Shown here piece after piece: positions 6,956-17,314 of a DNA stretch of 64,000 bases (positions are counted from its first letter, which is position 1; the number at the start of each line of letters is the position of its first letter). Both the position numbers and the translations under genes were made by a program. Source of the stretch: an uncultured Clostridia bacterium. GTDB taxonomy: Bacteria > Bacillota > Clostridia > Christensenellales > DTU072. Location: NCBI GenBank assembly GCA_944362765.1, contig CALVTP010000004.1:2250-66249 (forward strand), in the 5' to 3' direction. The notes beneath the pieces are model-generated. The model ran no database searches. It had not been told where the DNA came from and worked only from the letters and a program-made list of their open reading frames with translations.

Positions 6956-9553
6956 ATGAACGCACAGAAATTTACTAAAAAGTCGCTGGAAGCGCTGGGG
7001 AGCGCCGAAAGCATTGCAATAGAAAATCAAAACATACAGGTGATGCCCGAGCACCTTACCTACGCGCTTGTCGACCAGGACGGCGGACTTATACCGTCGC
7101 TTCTTAAAAAAGCGGGCGTCGACGTCGACAGGCTGCTGGCACTGTTGGACGGCGCTATTCAAAAGATTCCCGCCGTCAGCGGTTCGGGGAGAGAACCCGG
7201 GAAGATCTATATTTCCCCTCTCACCGATAAAATTCTGACCGGGGCGGAGCGCCTTAGGGACAAGTCGAAGGACGAATACGTTTCCGTCGAGCATATCATG
7301 CTGTCTGTTTTCGACCACGCGACGGAGGAATTGAAGTCGATTTTCCGCGCCATGGGCATTACCCGGACGGCGTTCGAAGAGGAGCTGAAAAAGGTCAAGA
7401 CCGACAGGGTGACTTCGGACGAACCCGAAAACGCCTATGACGCCCTGAATAAGTACGGTTTCGACCTTGTCGAGCGCGCCAAGCAGCAAAAACTCGACCC
7501 CGTCATCGGGCGGGACGCAGAAATAAGAAACGTCATTCGTATTCTTTCCAGGAAGACCAAAAACAACCCCGTTCTGATAGGTGAACCGGGCGTAGGCAAG
7601 ACAGCCGTAGTCGAAGGATTGGCTCAGCGTATTGTGCGCGGCGACGTCCCGGAAGGGTTGAAGGACAAGACGGTTTTTGCGCTGGATATGGGCGCGCTGA
7701 TAGCAGGCGCCAAGTTCAGGGGAGAGTTCGAAGAGAGACTGAAAGCCGTTCTGAACGAAATAAAAAAGAGCGAAGGCAGAATAATTTTATTTATCGACGA
7801 GCTCCATACCATTGTCGGAGCCGGCAAATCGGACGGAGCGATGGACGCGGGAAACCTTTTAAAGCCGATGCTTGCAAGAGGGGAACTTCATTGTATAGGC
7901 GCGACGACTTTGGACGAGTACAGAAAGTACATCGAAAAGGACGCCGCGCTCGAAAGGCGCTTCCAGCCCGTCACCGTCGACGAACCGACCGTCGAGGACA
8001 CGATATCGATACTGCGTGGGTTGAAGGAAAGGTACGAAGTGTACCACGGAGTACGCATTCACGATTCGGCGTTGATAGCGGCGGCTACGCTTTCGCACCG
8101 CTATATCTCCGACAGATTCCTCCCCGACAAAGCCATCGACCTTGTTGACGAAGCTTCTGCGACGATAAGGACGGAGATAGACTCCATGCCCGGCGAAATG
8201 GACGACATCAGACGGAGGATAATGCAGCTTGAAATAGAGGAAATTTCCCTTCAAAAGGAGTCCGACAAGCTTTCCGCCGAGAGGCTGGAGACCATTCGGA
8301 AGGAACTTGCCGACGACAAGGAAAAGTTCAACGCCATGAAAGCGGAATGGGCAAAAGAAAAGGAAAGTATCCACGCCGTATCCGACCTGAAAGCCGAAAT
8401 AGAGAAATTGAACGGCGAGATAGAGGCGGCGCAGCGTAACGGCGATTACGCCCTGGCGGCGGAGCTGAAGTACGGAAAACTTCCCCAATTACAAAAGAAA
8501 CTGGAGGATGCAAGCCGCGAATCGGGGAAAAAGTACTCCCTTTTGAGGGACACCGTCACCGAAGAGGAAATCGCCAAAGTCGTCTCCCGTTGGACGGGCA
8601 TACCGCTTACCAAGCTTATGCAGGGAGAGCGCGAAAAGATTCTCCATCTCGGGGACATCCTCCACGAGCGCGTAATAGGGCAGGACGAGGCGGTCACCAA
8701 GGTCACCGAAGCCATCATCCGTTCGCGGGCGGGGATATCCGACCCCAACCGCCCGATAGGCTCCTTCCTCTTCCTGGGACCTACCGGAGTAGGTAAGACG
8801 GAGCTTGCGAAAGCGCTTGCCGAAAGCCTTTTCGACGACGAGCACAACATCGTCAGAATCGATATGACGGAGTATATGGAGAAGTTTTCGGTCTCCCGTC
8901 TTATCGGCGCCCCTCCGGGATACGTCGGTTATGACGAGGGCGGACAGCTTACCGAAGCCGTCAGGAGAAAACCTTACTCCGTCGTGCTGTTCGACGAAAT
9001 AGAGAAGGCGCATCCTGACGTATTCAACATCCTTTTGCAGGTTTTGGACGACGGAAGGATAACCGATTCGCAGGGAAGGACAGTGGACTTCAAAAACACC
9101 ATAATAATTCTTACTTCGAATCTCGGTTCCCAATTTTTGCTGGACGGTATCGACGACAACGGCGAAATCTCGGAGGAAGCCAAGGAAAGCGTCGAAAAGC
9201 TTTTGAAGCAGAGCTTCCGTCCCGAGTTTTTAAACAGACTCGACGAAATCGTCTTCTACAAGCCGCTGACGAAAAAAGACGTCGTGAAGATTGTCGAACT
9301 GTTGGTAAAGGGACTCGAAAAACGGCTCGAAGACAGGCAGTTGAAGCTGGAAATCACTCCGAAAGCCAAAGAGCTCATCGCCGAGCTCGGTTACGACCCC
9401 GTCTACGGTGCGAGACCGCTGAAGCGGTTCATGCAAAGCAGGATCGAGACTCTTATCGCCCGCGTCATTCTCTCCGACGACCCCGCTCCCGGCGACGAGA
9501 TAGTCGTCGGCGCCGACAACGAAGATTTCCGCGTCGAAGTCAGGACGAAATAG
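6956..9553 (+). CDS. clpB: ATP-dependent chaperone ClpB
   Basis: Two AAA+ modules ([16 protein letters not shown]), coiled-coil middle domain, KYGKLP and GARPLKR motifs; 865 aa. Confidence 0.97.
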   Translation: MNAQKFTKKSLEALGSAESIAIENQNIQVMPEHLTYALVDQDGGLIPSLLKKAGVDVDRLLALLDGAIQKIPAVSGSGREPGKIYISPLTDKILTGAERLRDKSKDEYVSVEHIMLSVFDHATEELKSIFRAMGITRTAFEEELKKVKTDRVTSDEPENAYDALNKYGFDLVERAKQQKLDPVIGRDAEIRNVIRILSRKTKNNPVLIGEPGVGKTAVVEGLAQRIVRGDVPEGLKDKTVFALDMGALIAGAKFRGEFEERLKAVLNEIKKSEGRIILFIDELHTIVGAGKSDGAMDAGNLLKPMLARGELHCIGATTLDEYRKYIEKDAALERRFQPVTVDEPTVEDTISILRGLKERYEVYHGVRIHDSALIAAATLSHRYISDRFLPDKAIDLVDEASATIRTEIDSMPGEMDDIRRRIMQLEIEEISLQKESDKLSAERLETIRKELADDKEKFNAMKAEWAKEKESIHAVSDLKAEIEKLNGEIEAAQRNGDYALAAELKYGKLPQLQKKLEDASRESGKKYSLLRDTVTEEEIAKVVSRWTGIPLTKLMQGEREKILHLGDILHERVIGQDEAVTKVTEAIIRSRAGISDPNRPIGSFLFLGPTGVGKTELAKALAESLFDDEHNIVRIDMTEYMEKFSVSRLIGAPPGYVGYDEGGQLTEAVRRKPYSVVLFDEIEKAHPDVFNILLQVLDDGRITDSQGRTVDFKNTIIILTSNLGSQFLLDGIDDNGEISEEAKESVEKLLKQSFRPEFLNRLDEIVFYKPLTKKDVVKIVELLVKGLEKRLEDRQLKLEITPKAKELIAELGYDPVYGARPLKRFMQSRIETLIARVILSDDPAPGDEIVVGADNEDFRVEVRTK

Positions 9554-9593
9554 GCGTTCGGAACCTTCGATAGGCTCGGATTCGGGAATTTTG

Positions 9594-9619
9594 AAGCCCG
9601 CGAAACGTCGCGGGCTTTT
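9594..9619 (+). terminator. intrinsic terminator after clpB
   Basis: AAGCCCGCGA-aacg-TCGCGGGCTT plus TT. Confidence 0.8.
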
Positions 9620-9657
9620 CCGAGCGATTTTTTATCACGATCGGCGAAATTTGCTTA

Positions 9658-9686
9658 TTGACGAGAGGGAATATATATGCTAATAT
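9658..9686 (+). promoter_or_regulatory. sigmaA promoter of the ABC exporter
   Basis: TTGACG, 17 bp, TG-extended TAATAT. Confidence 0.6.
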
Positions 9687-9721
9687 ATATTTAAATATTT
9701 TAGATTGTGCAGGAGCCGCCT

Positions 9722-12700
9722 ATGTTTCGCCTATTCCGCAACTTAAAACCGATGGCATGGATGTTCGTTGTCATCGTATTGCTTGTCACGGGACAGGCGG
9801 TTGCGGAATTGTATCTTCCCGAGAAGATGTCCGAAATAATAGACGACGGAATATATATCGACTACGAACCCCTTTATAAATACGAGGAAATGAAGCGCCC
9901 CGACTCCCTTCCTGCCGTCGAATCCGACGCCACGCTGAAGGGCTACGACGAGGACACCATACCCGTCTTCGAAATGGTGGACGGCTTTTCGACGTATGAC
10001 CTGAAAGACGCCATCGAGGAAGAGGAGTCCCGCGCGGGCTCCGTCACCGTCGACTTCGTTTTCAGAGACATACCGGTAAAGGACTCCAAGGAGCTTTTCG
10101 ACAAGGTGCTGACTCCGTTTATGGAAGGGCTGGAAAAATATCAGCGCCAAGCTTTCGAATGGCGCGACAGCGACGAAAACGTGCCGGAAGCGGAACGTGC
10201 GGACTGGACTCCCGATTTCCGCGGCGAATATTTCTCGAAAGAAGACAGGCAGGCAATTTCCAATATCATAAACGTGCTGTTGGTGTTCGAATACGACGAA
10301 AACACATTGGAGTCTTCCTCTAACGAAGATTCGATAAAGATAGACGAGGACGATCCCCAAGTCATCGGCTCCGATGATAACACGATAACCGTAAACGACT
10401 TATTGAATCAGGATCCGAGGGACGAGGACTCCGACGCCATGGCTTCGGAATCCAACCGTACGATCCTCACCGCCTGCGTCAGCAGAATGAAACACTCCGT
10501 TTACGGAAACCTCACCCCCATCCCCGTCGACAAGGACGGGAACAGAATAGCTACCGACGAATACGGCAGGGCGCTGGATCCCTCGAAACTCGTTTACATA
10601 TACTCGGATTCCGACGGTAACGAGGTAGCCACCGCGGAAGAGTCCTATACCGGGCGCCCCGATCCGATGCCCGATTACGAGGTCATCATCTGCAACAACG
10701 TATTGGCTTACGCCTATAAATACGTCGGTGAAAAGTGGGTGGAGACTTCGCGCGGGATGACCGACTCCCGTGCGGCGGACAAGGCAATAGAGTACAACGA
10801 GGATATTCTCTTAGATGCCTTGATCGAAAACAACAAGCACTACGATGAATTCACCTCCGAGGAAATCAAAAAGATAAAAACAGGCATAAATAAAATCGTG
10901 TTAGAGTATACCGAAGCCGATGATATGGTATACCTTAGTAATCTTTTGCGGTATCAGGACAAAAAGGCTTCGAAGATAATTAAAGAATTAGGAAATTATT
11001 ATCAAATCGCCGAAGAAGACGGCGCTAGAAGCTACCGCTACCCTATGAAAGAGGGCGGCACGTTCGTTACCGAATGGCGGCAATTTTGGGCTAAGATAGG
11101 AAACTACCTGACGCTGTCGGCGACGGGTACTTCGAGGGAAAAATTCGAAGAGGAGATGGATAACGATTCCGTCGCGCGCTACGGCTCCGCCATCGTCGAG
11201 TTCAAGACTTATAAGGATATGATGCTCCCGGACGGAGAGACCACCCAGACCGACGACATGAACTTTATTCTGCGCCGCGGCGGTTTGATGTTGTTATTGA
11301 CTTTGGGCGCTTGCGCGGCGGCGATACTTGCCGCGATGTTTTCCAGCCGTCTTGCCGCCAACTTCTCGGCTATTATCAGAAGTAAGGTGTTCGGCAAAGT
11401 CGAAACTTTCTCCCTGGGCGAATTTGACGAATTCTCAACGGCTTCGCTGATCACGCGTTCCACGAACGACGTCAACCAGATCCAGCAGGTATTCCTGCTG
11501 ATATTGAGAACGGGGCTTATCGCTCCGATAACCCTTATCGGCGGCTTCATTATGTCGGCGGAAAAGTCATTCTATATGACGAGCGTGCTTTTCTATGACA
11601 TTCCCATTCTCGTCATCGCTTCGTTTGTGGCGGCGAAGGTGGTCTATCCGCTCTTCCAGGTCATTCAGAAGAAAGTGGACAGGCTGACGCTTATCACCAG
11701 AGAAGGGCTGACGGGCATCCGCGTCGTCAGAGCCTTCAACAAACAGGAAACGGAGAACAAACGCTTCGGCGAGGTCAACGATTCATTGACGAAGACCGCT
11801 ATCGTAGTCAACCGCTGGTGCGCGGTGCTGGCGCCGCTTATCGCCGTCGTCATGAACTGTTCGATGGTGGGCGTCGTCTGGCGCGCCAGCCAGCAGGTGG
11901 CGGGAGTTGCCGGAAACGGCGAGATAAACGTCGGCGACATGATGGCTGTCATCCAATATATGACGCAGATAATGATGGCGCTCGTCATGCTTGCGACGGT
12001 GTTCGTCATGTTCCCGAGGGCGACGGCTTCGGCAAAGCGTATTCTGGAAGTTTTGGATACCACAAACAAAATAAAGGATCCCGAAACTCCGGACAGGAAC
12101 TATACCGAGGTCGGTACCGTCCGTTTCAACCACGTCTATTTCAAATTCTCCAAAGACGCCGAGCACTACATATTGAACGACATTGACTTTGTCGCCGAAA
12201 AGGGTAAAGTCACCGCGATCGTCGGCGGCACCGGTTCCGGTAAGTCGGCTATAATTAACCTCATACCGCACTTTTACGACGTTCAGGAAGGGGAGATACT
12301 CTTCGACGGCGTCAATGTAAAAGACTACGTTCAGTCGGAGCTCAGAGACAAATTGGGCTTCGTGCCGCAAAAGTCGGTTTTGATGAGCGGCACAATCCGC
12401 TCCAACCTTCTTTACGGCAAGCCCGACGCCACCGAAGAGGAGTGCTGGGAGGCGCTCCGGATTGCGCAGGCGGACGCTTTCGTCAGGGAAAAGGACGGTG
12501 GGCTGGACGCCAAGGTGGAACAGGGCGGCGGCAACTTCTCCGGCGGTCAGCGTCAGCGCCTCGCCATTGCAAGGGCTATTATAAGGAAGCCGGAATTGTT
12601 GGTATTTGACGATTCCTTCTCTGCGCTGGATTTCAGAACCGACAAAAATCTGAGGGCGGCGCTGAAGGACATCACTCACGAATCGGCGACGATAATAGTC

Positions 12701-12859
12701 GCTCAGAGAATAGGTACGATAATGGACGCCGACAACATACTCGTGTTGGACGGCGGCAGAATAGTCGGGCAAGGAAGGCATGAGGAACTCATCCAAAATT
12801 GCTCGGTATACCGCGACATAGCGCTTTCGCAGATGAGCGAGGAGGAACTCGGACTATGA
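9722..12859 (+). CDS. ABC exporter subunit (TM287-like, degenerate NBD) with a large extracellular insertion
   Basis: TMD plus NBD: GGTGSGKS, FSGGQ, Walker B FDDS (no catalytic E), switch AQR (no H). About 465 extra acidic residues lie between TM1 and TM2. Confidence 0.9.
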   Translation: MFRLFRNLKPMAWMFVVIVLLVTGQAVAELYLPEKMSEIIDDGIYIDYEPLYKYEEMKRPDSLPAVESDATLKGYDEDTIPVFEMVDGFSTYDLKDAIEEEESRAGSVTVDFVFRDIPVKDSKELFDKVLTPFMEGLEKYQRQAFEWRDSDENVPEAERADWTPDFRGEYFSKEDRQAISNIINVLLVFEYDENTLESSSNEDSIKIDEDDPQVIGSDDNTITVNDLLNQDPRDEDSDAMASESNRTILTACVSRMKHSVYGNLTPIPVDKDGNRIATDEYGRALDPSKLVYIYSDSDGNEVATAEESYTGRPDPMPDYEVIICNNVLAYAYKYVGEKWVETSRGMTDSRAADKAIEYNEDILLDALIENNKHYDEFTSEEIKKIKTGINKIVLEYTEADDMVYLSNLLRYQDKKASKIIKELGNYYQIAEEDGARSYRYPMKEGGTFVTEWRQFWAKIGNYLTLSATGTSREKFEEEMDNDSVARYGSAIVEFKTYKDMMLPDGETTQTDDMNFILRRGGLMLLLTLGACAAAILAAMFSSRLAANFSAIIRSKVFGKVETFSLGEFDEFSTASLITRSTNDVNQIQQVFLLILRTGLIAPITLIGGFIMSAEKSFYMTSVLFYDIPILVIASFVAAKVVYPLFQVIQKKVDRLTLITREGLTGIRVVRAFNKQETENKRFGEVNDSLTKTAIVVNRWCAVLAPLIAVVMNCSMVGVVWRASQQVAGVAGNGEINVGDMMAVIQYMTQIMMALVMLATVFVMFPRATASAKRILEVLDTTNKIKDPETPDRNYTEVGTVRFNHVYFKFSKDAEHYILNDIDFVAEKGKVTAIVGGTGSGKSAIINLIPHFYDVQEGEILFDGVNVKDYVQSELRDKLGFVPQKSVLMSGTIRSNLLYGKPDATEEECWEALRIAQADAFVREKDGGLDAKVEQGGGNFSGGQRQRLAIARAIIRKPELLVFDDSFSALDFRTDKNLRAALKDITHESATIIVAQRIGTIMDADNILVLDGGRIVGQGRHEELIQNCSVYRDIALSQMSEEELGL

Positions 12860-14802
12860 ACGAAAACGAAGTGAAGAGCTCGAATCTCTCCGATACTCAG
12901 CAAGCTCAGGGGCTTGACCTCGGGCGCGCGCTCGGAGTGGGCGGTCCCGAGATAAAGGAAGTTGACAAGGCGGAAAACTTCCGCGCCACCGTCGTAAGGC
13001 TTATAAAGTACTTAAAACCGCAATATCCGATGCTTATCGCGATGATTCTGATTGCGGGAATCGGCGCATGGTTTGCCATTTGGGTGCCGGACATCATGAA
13101 GAAGGTCACCGACGCTCTCGCAAACAGCATAGAGTACTTTATCGACATCGGAAGACCGCCGGACGGCAACAACCAGCTCTATTCTTACATAGCGCCCATA
13201 CTTTGGACGTGCGCGGCGTTGTATGTGCTGAACGCGCTCTTCCAGTTCACCTCCGGGCTTATCGCCGCGTCGATGTCACAGAGGGTGGTAAGAAGGATGC
13301 GTAACGACGTCAAGCATAAGCTCGACAAAGTGCCGCTTTCCTACTTCGACGCCACGCCTACCGGCGACGTCATCGCGCGCTTCACCATCGATATCGAGAT
13401 GATCTCGACTACCCTTCAGGATTCCGTCAACCAGATCATCACCGGCGTCACCACCGTTATAGGCGTCTTTGTAATGATGGTGAGAATAGATTGGCTGCTG
13501 TCGATAATCGCGTTGGTCAGCCTGCCGATTCTGATTGTCGTTTCGGCGTTGATCGTCAAAAAGTCGCAAAAAGAGTTCGCCAAGCAACAGGAGCGTATAG
13601 GTATTCTGAACGGACACATTGAGGAAATGTACACCGCTCACAATATCGTTAAGCTCTATAACCACGAAAAAGAGAGCATCGAAATCTACGAAAAGATAAA
13701 TAAGGATTTAAAGCGCGCGACAAGAAAATCGCAGTTTTTGGCGAGTATAATCCTGCCGAGCATCAAATTTATCGACAACCTCGTGTATGTCGGGATCTGC
13801 GTCGGCGGCGGTCTCAGGGCAGGTAGCGGCATAGTCACGATAGGCGATATTCAGGCGCTTCTTTCGTATACCCGTCAATTTGCTCAACCCATCGAAAACA
13901 TCTCCAATATCGCAAACACCATTCAGTCGGCAATAGCCGCCGCGGAAAGAGTTTTCCAGGTCTTCGACCTTGAGGAGATGACTCCCGAGGGCAGCCGACA
14001 GATATCCGTCGCGGAGTGCAAAGGCACCGTCGATATAGAGCACGTGGCGTTCTCCTACGACAAGGACAAGCCTCTGATCACCGATCTTTCGTTGCACGTC
14101 AATGCGGGTGAATCGATAGCGATAGTCGGACCTACGGGTGCCGGAAAGACGACTTTGGTAAACCTTTTGATGCGTTTCTACGATATCGACAAGGGCAAGA
14201 TATCTATTGACGGCGTCGATATCAACGAATACTCGAGATCCGATCTTCGCTCTCTTTACGGCATGGTTCTGCAGGACACGTGGCTGTTCAATGGCAGCGT
14301 CGCCGACAACATAGCCTACGGTAACCCCGGCGCCACGCGCGAGGAAATAATAGAGGCGGCAAAGGAAGCACACGCCGACCAATTCATCGTGACGATGGAG
14401 CACGGCTATGATACCGAGCTTAAAGAGGGCGCCACGAATATCTCGGCGGGACAGCGTCAGCTGTTGACGATAGCGCGCGCGATTTTGAAAAAGCCGCGTA
14501 TCATCATTCTGGACGAAGCCACCTCCTCCGTAGACACCAGGACGGAAAAGTATGTCCAGAGCGCCATGCTCGCCATGATGAAGGACAAGACAAGCTTCGT
14601 CATCGCCCACCGCCTCTCGACAATCAAGCATGCAGCCGTCATTTTGGTCATGAACCACGGCGACGTAGTGGAGCAGGGGAACCACGAGACGCTGATGGCG
14701 AAGAAGGGCTTCTATTACGAACTGTACAACGCCCAGTTTGCGGGAGTTTCCGACGAAAACCGTGACGACGACACCGCGACGGCGCGTTTTCAACAGACCT
14801 GA
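12856..14802 (+). CDS. ABC exporter subunit (TM288-like, consensus NBD)
   Basis: GPTGAGKT, ISAGQ, LDEATSSVD, IAHR; ATGA overlap with the upstream gene. Confidence 0.92.
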   Translation: MNENEVKSSNLSDTQQAQGLDLGRALGVGGPEIKEVDKAENFRATVVRLIKYLKPQYPMLIAMILIAGIGAWFAIWVPDIMKKVTDALANSIEYFIDIGRPPDGNNQLYSYIAPILWTCAALYVLNALFQFTSGLIAASMSQRVVRRMRNDVKHKLDKVPLSYFDATPTGDVIARFTIDIEMISTTLQDSVNQIITGVTTVIGVFVMMVRIDWLLSIIALVSLPILIVVSALIVKKSQKEFAKQQERIGILNGHIEEMYTAHNIVKLYNHEKESIEIYEKINKDLKRATRKSQFLASIILPSIKFIDNLVYVGICVGGGLRAGSGIVTIGDIQALLSYTRQFAQPIENISNIANTIQSAIAAAERVFQVFDLEEMTPEGSRQISVAECKGTVDIEHVAFSYDKDKPLITDLSLHVNAGESIAIVGPTGAGKTTLVNLLMRFYDIDKGKISIDGVDINEYSRSDLRSLYGMVLQDTWLFNGSVADNIAYGNPGATREEIIEAAKEAHADQFIVTMEHGYDTELKEGATNISAGQRQLLTIARAILKKPRIIILDEATSSVDTRTEKYVQSAMLAMMKDKTSFVIAHRLSTIKHAAVILVMNHGDVVEQGNHETLMAKKGFYYELYNAQFAGVSDENRDDDTATARFQQT

Positions 14803-14835
14803 CCCGTCTGACCCGGGATGCGGAAAATTGTTTTT

Positions 14836-14860
14836 AAGCCCTCCGGAAGGCGGGCTTTTT
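14836..14860 (+). terminator. probable terminator
   Basis: AAGCCC...GGGCTT imperfect stem plus a T-run. Confidence 0.6.
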
Positions 14861-14975
14861 CATTGTCAAAAGACTGAAAGCAACAGCAAAACAACGATTT
14901 TTAGAGGTAAGATTACAGCTGACGGAAAGTTACCTTCGTTTTCTAAGCGATTAAGGTGCGCGCTGAAAAAACTAA

Positions 14976-15004
14976 TTGACAATATATACTATATAATTTA
15001 TAAT
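14976..15004 (+). promoter_or_regulatory. sigmaA promoter
   Basis: TTGACA, 17 bp, TATAAT. Confidence 0.85.
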
Positions 15005-15100
15005 ATTAATAAAGATATCTTGCGATTAAGATTTTCCTGCATTCCCGCCTGCCGTGGCAACGGTTCGGGCGGAGACGCAATAGTCCGCGTGGAGGGGAGT

Positions 15101-17083
15101 ATGTCTCGTAAACTTAAACTGTTTTTGGTGCTTGCGTTGTGCGTCGCGTGCGTCTTTACCATCCTTGCCGCCTGTAACGACAATGAGGAAGACTCCGTTG
15201 AGGACGTCGTCGTCCCGAACGAGGACGCATTTGCCGACCCCAACCAATTCGTTCCCTACACGACGGAAGGCGACGATTACTTTTTCGGCTCCTATCCGCA
15301 ATCGAAGGTTACGGACGAGACTGAAATATCCGCACTGAACGACGGGCTTAAAGAGCTTGTGGGGTACGAAGACGCCGATTCTGAGGAAACGATATATCTT
15401 CCCGGTGGAGGAAGAAGCGTTTCGCTCTGGAAAAACGACTTGGCTGCGGGAGAGCACATTTATTATCTCGATTTTCATTACGAGGGTAACGTATACAGAG
15501 CGCTTTATAAAGATACTTCTGCCGAAACCGCAGAAGGCGGAAATGCCGGCGAAGACGCGTTGGGTTCTGTTCAATGGTTCGTCTACGAGCCCATTCGTTG
15601 GAATGTAATTGCCGTCAAAAACGGTGGCGGCATCGAAAAGGTGACTTTATTAAGTAGTTTGGTCATCGATTACATGTACTTCGGCGGAGGGAATTTTGCA
15701 GGCAGCTACGTCAGAAACCGGCTGAACGGAAGCTTTTTGGAGGACGCCTTCGACGCCTACGAACAAGCAGTCATCGTCTCCGAATACTCGATAAACGATG
15801 AATCGACTTCCGGAGTGGCGGGCACCGACGGGACGACCACATATGACAAAATCTCTCTTGCGGCGCGTACGGAAGCGGAAAATTTGTCGGACGCCATCCT
15901 TAAAAAAGAGCCCTCCGGTTATGCCGAGGCGCTGGGAGCGGACGGTGATTGGTGGCTGCGTTCGACGGGCAATAACGGAGCGATGTTTGTCGATGAAGAC
16001 GGAGTCTTCAATTCCGAAAGCTCCGAAAGCTCCGAAAGCGGTAAAAACTTTAACGGAATCTCACCGATTATCGAGATATATCTTTGTTACGAGGGCGCTC
16101 ATAACCACGCCATGACCTCGGTGTCGGAGCTTCCCGATTGCTTCGAAGGCGGCTATAAGCCTTTCGAGGTCTGCCCGATTTGCTATTCGAGTTTCGGCGT
16201 CTCCCGCGATCAGTGCCTGCTGTCCGCGACGGGACATGATATCGAGGAAACCTTTGTGCCCTCGACGTACGAAAATAAAGGATATTACCAGACTTCCTGC
16301 GCCGATTGCGGGCTTTTCTACAGAAGAGATTATCAGGGCGAGCTTAGTGAAGGCGACCGCGTCGACGCTGCCGGCAAAGCCGACGAAAACGGCAAATACC
16401 TGGTTTTCGGCAGCTATCCGCAAACGGAAGTTACCGACGCCGCTTTAATCGGCAAGCTTGATGATAAGCTTGTGCTTGTCGGAAGTCCATTTAAGGAAAA
16501 ATCCGGATACGGCTATGAATACGCAGATATTGACTTCGATGATAATGAAAAATACAGAGCCGTTCGGATAACCACATACCTCGAAAACGTAGACCTAGGT
16601 CGTCCTGAAATCAACGGAAAATTGACGAATCAATACAAAAACGGCTACGAATCGGGAAAAACCAAAACCTATTGGTTTAAGTGGGAGCCCGTCAGGTGGC
16701 ATATCGAGTCCGAGGAAGACGGAAATTACACTTTAATTTCCGCGCTGATTCTGGGCGCCGCGGATTATAAGGACGCTCCGGAAGCGCTTGCCGGACTTTC
16801 CGATGATTTAGTTTTAGGTTTTGTCGTAAGCGAAGAGTTCGATAAGGATAAAATCAATATGCCCAAGGACTCCTCCGACTATGCTTTGGCAACCGGGCTC
16901 GGTAACGACACCTGGTGGCTCGGAAATAGTTACGACGAAGAATCAGAATTTGCTTGGTGCGTCAATTTCGACGGAAAGTGCACGGCTTCGGGCGGCGATT
17001 GCGTAAAAGACAAAGGCGATAAATCGGTAGGAGTCGTCCTGAAAACGACGTGGACAAAAAGCAGCGAGGTCGTAGCGGCTTAG
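15101..17083 (+). CDS. lipoprotein with two DUF6273-like domains
   Basis: Lipobox ILAAC. The module FGSYPQ...WF.(Y/W)EP.RW occurs twice, separated by a Cys/His-rich linker. The family name is recalled, not searched. Confidence 0.7.
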   Translation: MSRKLKLFLVLALCVACVFTILAACNDNEEDSVEDVVVPNEDAFADPNQFVPYTTEGDDYFFGSYPQSKVTDETEISALNDGLKELVGYEDADSEETIYLPGGGRSVSLWKNDLAAGEHIYYLDFHYEGNVYRALYKDTSAETAEGGNAGEDALGSVQWFVYEPIRWNVIAVKNGGGIEKVTLLSSLVIDYMYFGGGNFAGSYVRNRLNGSFLEDAFDAYEQAVIVSEYSINDESTSGVAGTDGTTTYDKISLAARTEAENLSDAILKKEPSGYAEALGADGDWWLRSTGNNGAMFVDEDGVFNSESSESSESGKNFNGISPIIEIYLCYEGAHNHAMTSVSELPDCFEGGYKPFEVCPICYSSFGVSRDQCLLSATGHDIEETFVPSTYENKGYYQTSCADCGLFYRRDYQGELSEGDRVDAAGKADENGKYLVFGSYPQTEVTDAALIGKLDDKLVLVGSPFKEKSGYGYEYADIDFDDNEKYRAVRITTYLENVDLGRPEINGKLTNQYKNGYESGKTKTYWFKWEPVRWHIESEEDGNYTLISALILGAADYKDAPEALAGLSDDLVLGFVVSEEFDKDKINMPKDSSDYALATGLGNDTWWLGNSYDEESEFAWCVNFDGKCTASGGDCVKDKGDKSVGVVLKTTWTKSSEVVAA

Positions 17084-17112
17084 AAGTTAGACCATATAAG
17101 TGGAAAATCCTT

Positions 17113-17140
17113 AAAAGCGCGGGCGACCCCGCGCTTTTTT
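17113..17140. terminator. bidirectional-type intrinsic terminator
   Basis: AAAAGCGCGGG-cgac-CCCGCGCTTTT plus TT. Confidence 0.85.
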
Positions 17141-17250
17141 CATCGGAGCAAGCCCTTCAAAGAAATAGAAAACGCATACCTCGCGCATCTTCTGAAGTGA
17201 CCGGCGCAAAAAAATATAAGCTAAACTTTCATGCGGAGGCGAGAAGTTTA

Positions 17251-17279
17251 TTGCAATTTTTCTTTCCGTGTGGTAATAT
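17251..17279 (+). promoter_or_regulatory. sigmaA promoter of prs
   Basis: TTGCAA, 17 bp, TG-extended TAATAT. Confidence 0.65.
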
Positions 17280-17314
17280 TAAAATATACTTCTAAGCCAC
17301 GGAGGAATTGTCTC

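Noticed and set aside
14738-15100. Upstream in-frame extensions given by the ORF track (also 9707, 6170, 17231, 23521, 48961)
   Set aside because: They run across terminators or promoters, or lack an RBS. Downstream ATGs with an RBS and family-typical N-termini were used instead.
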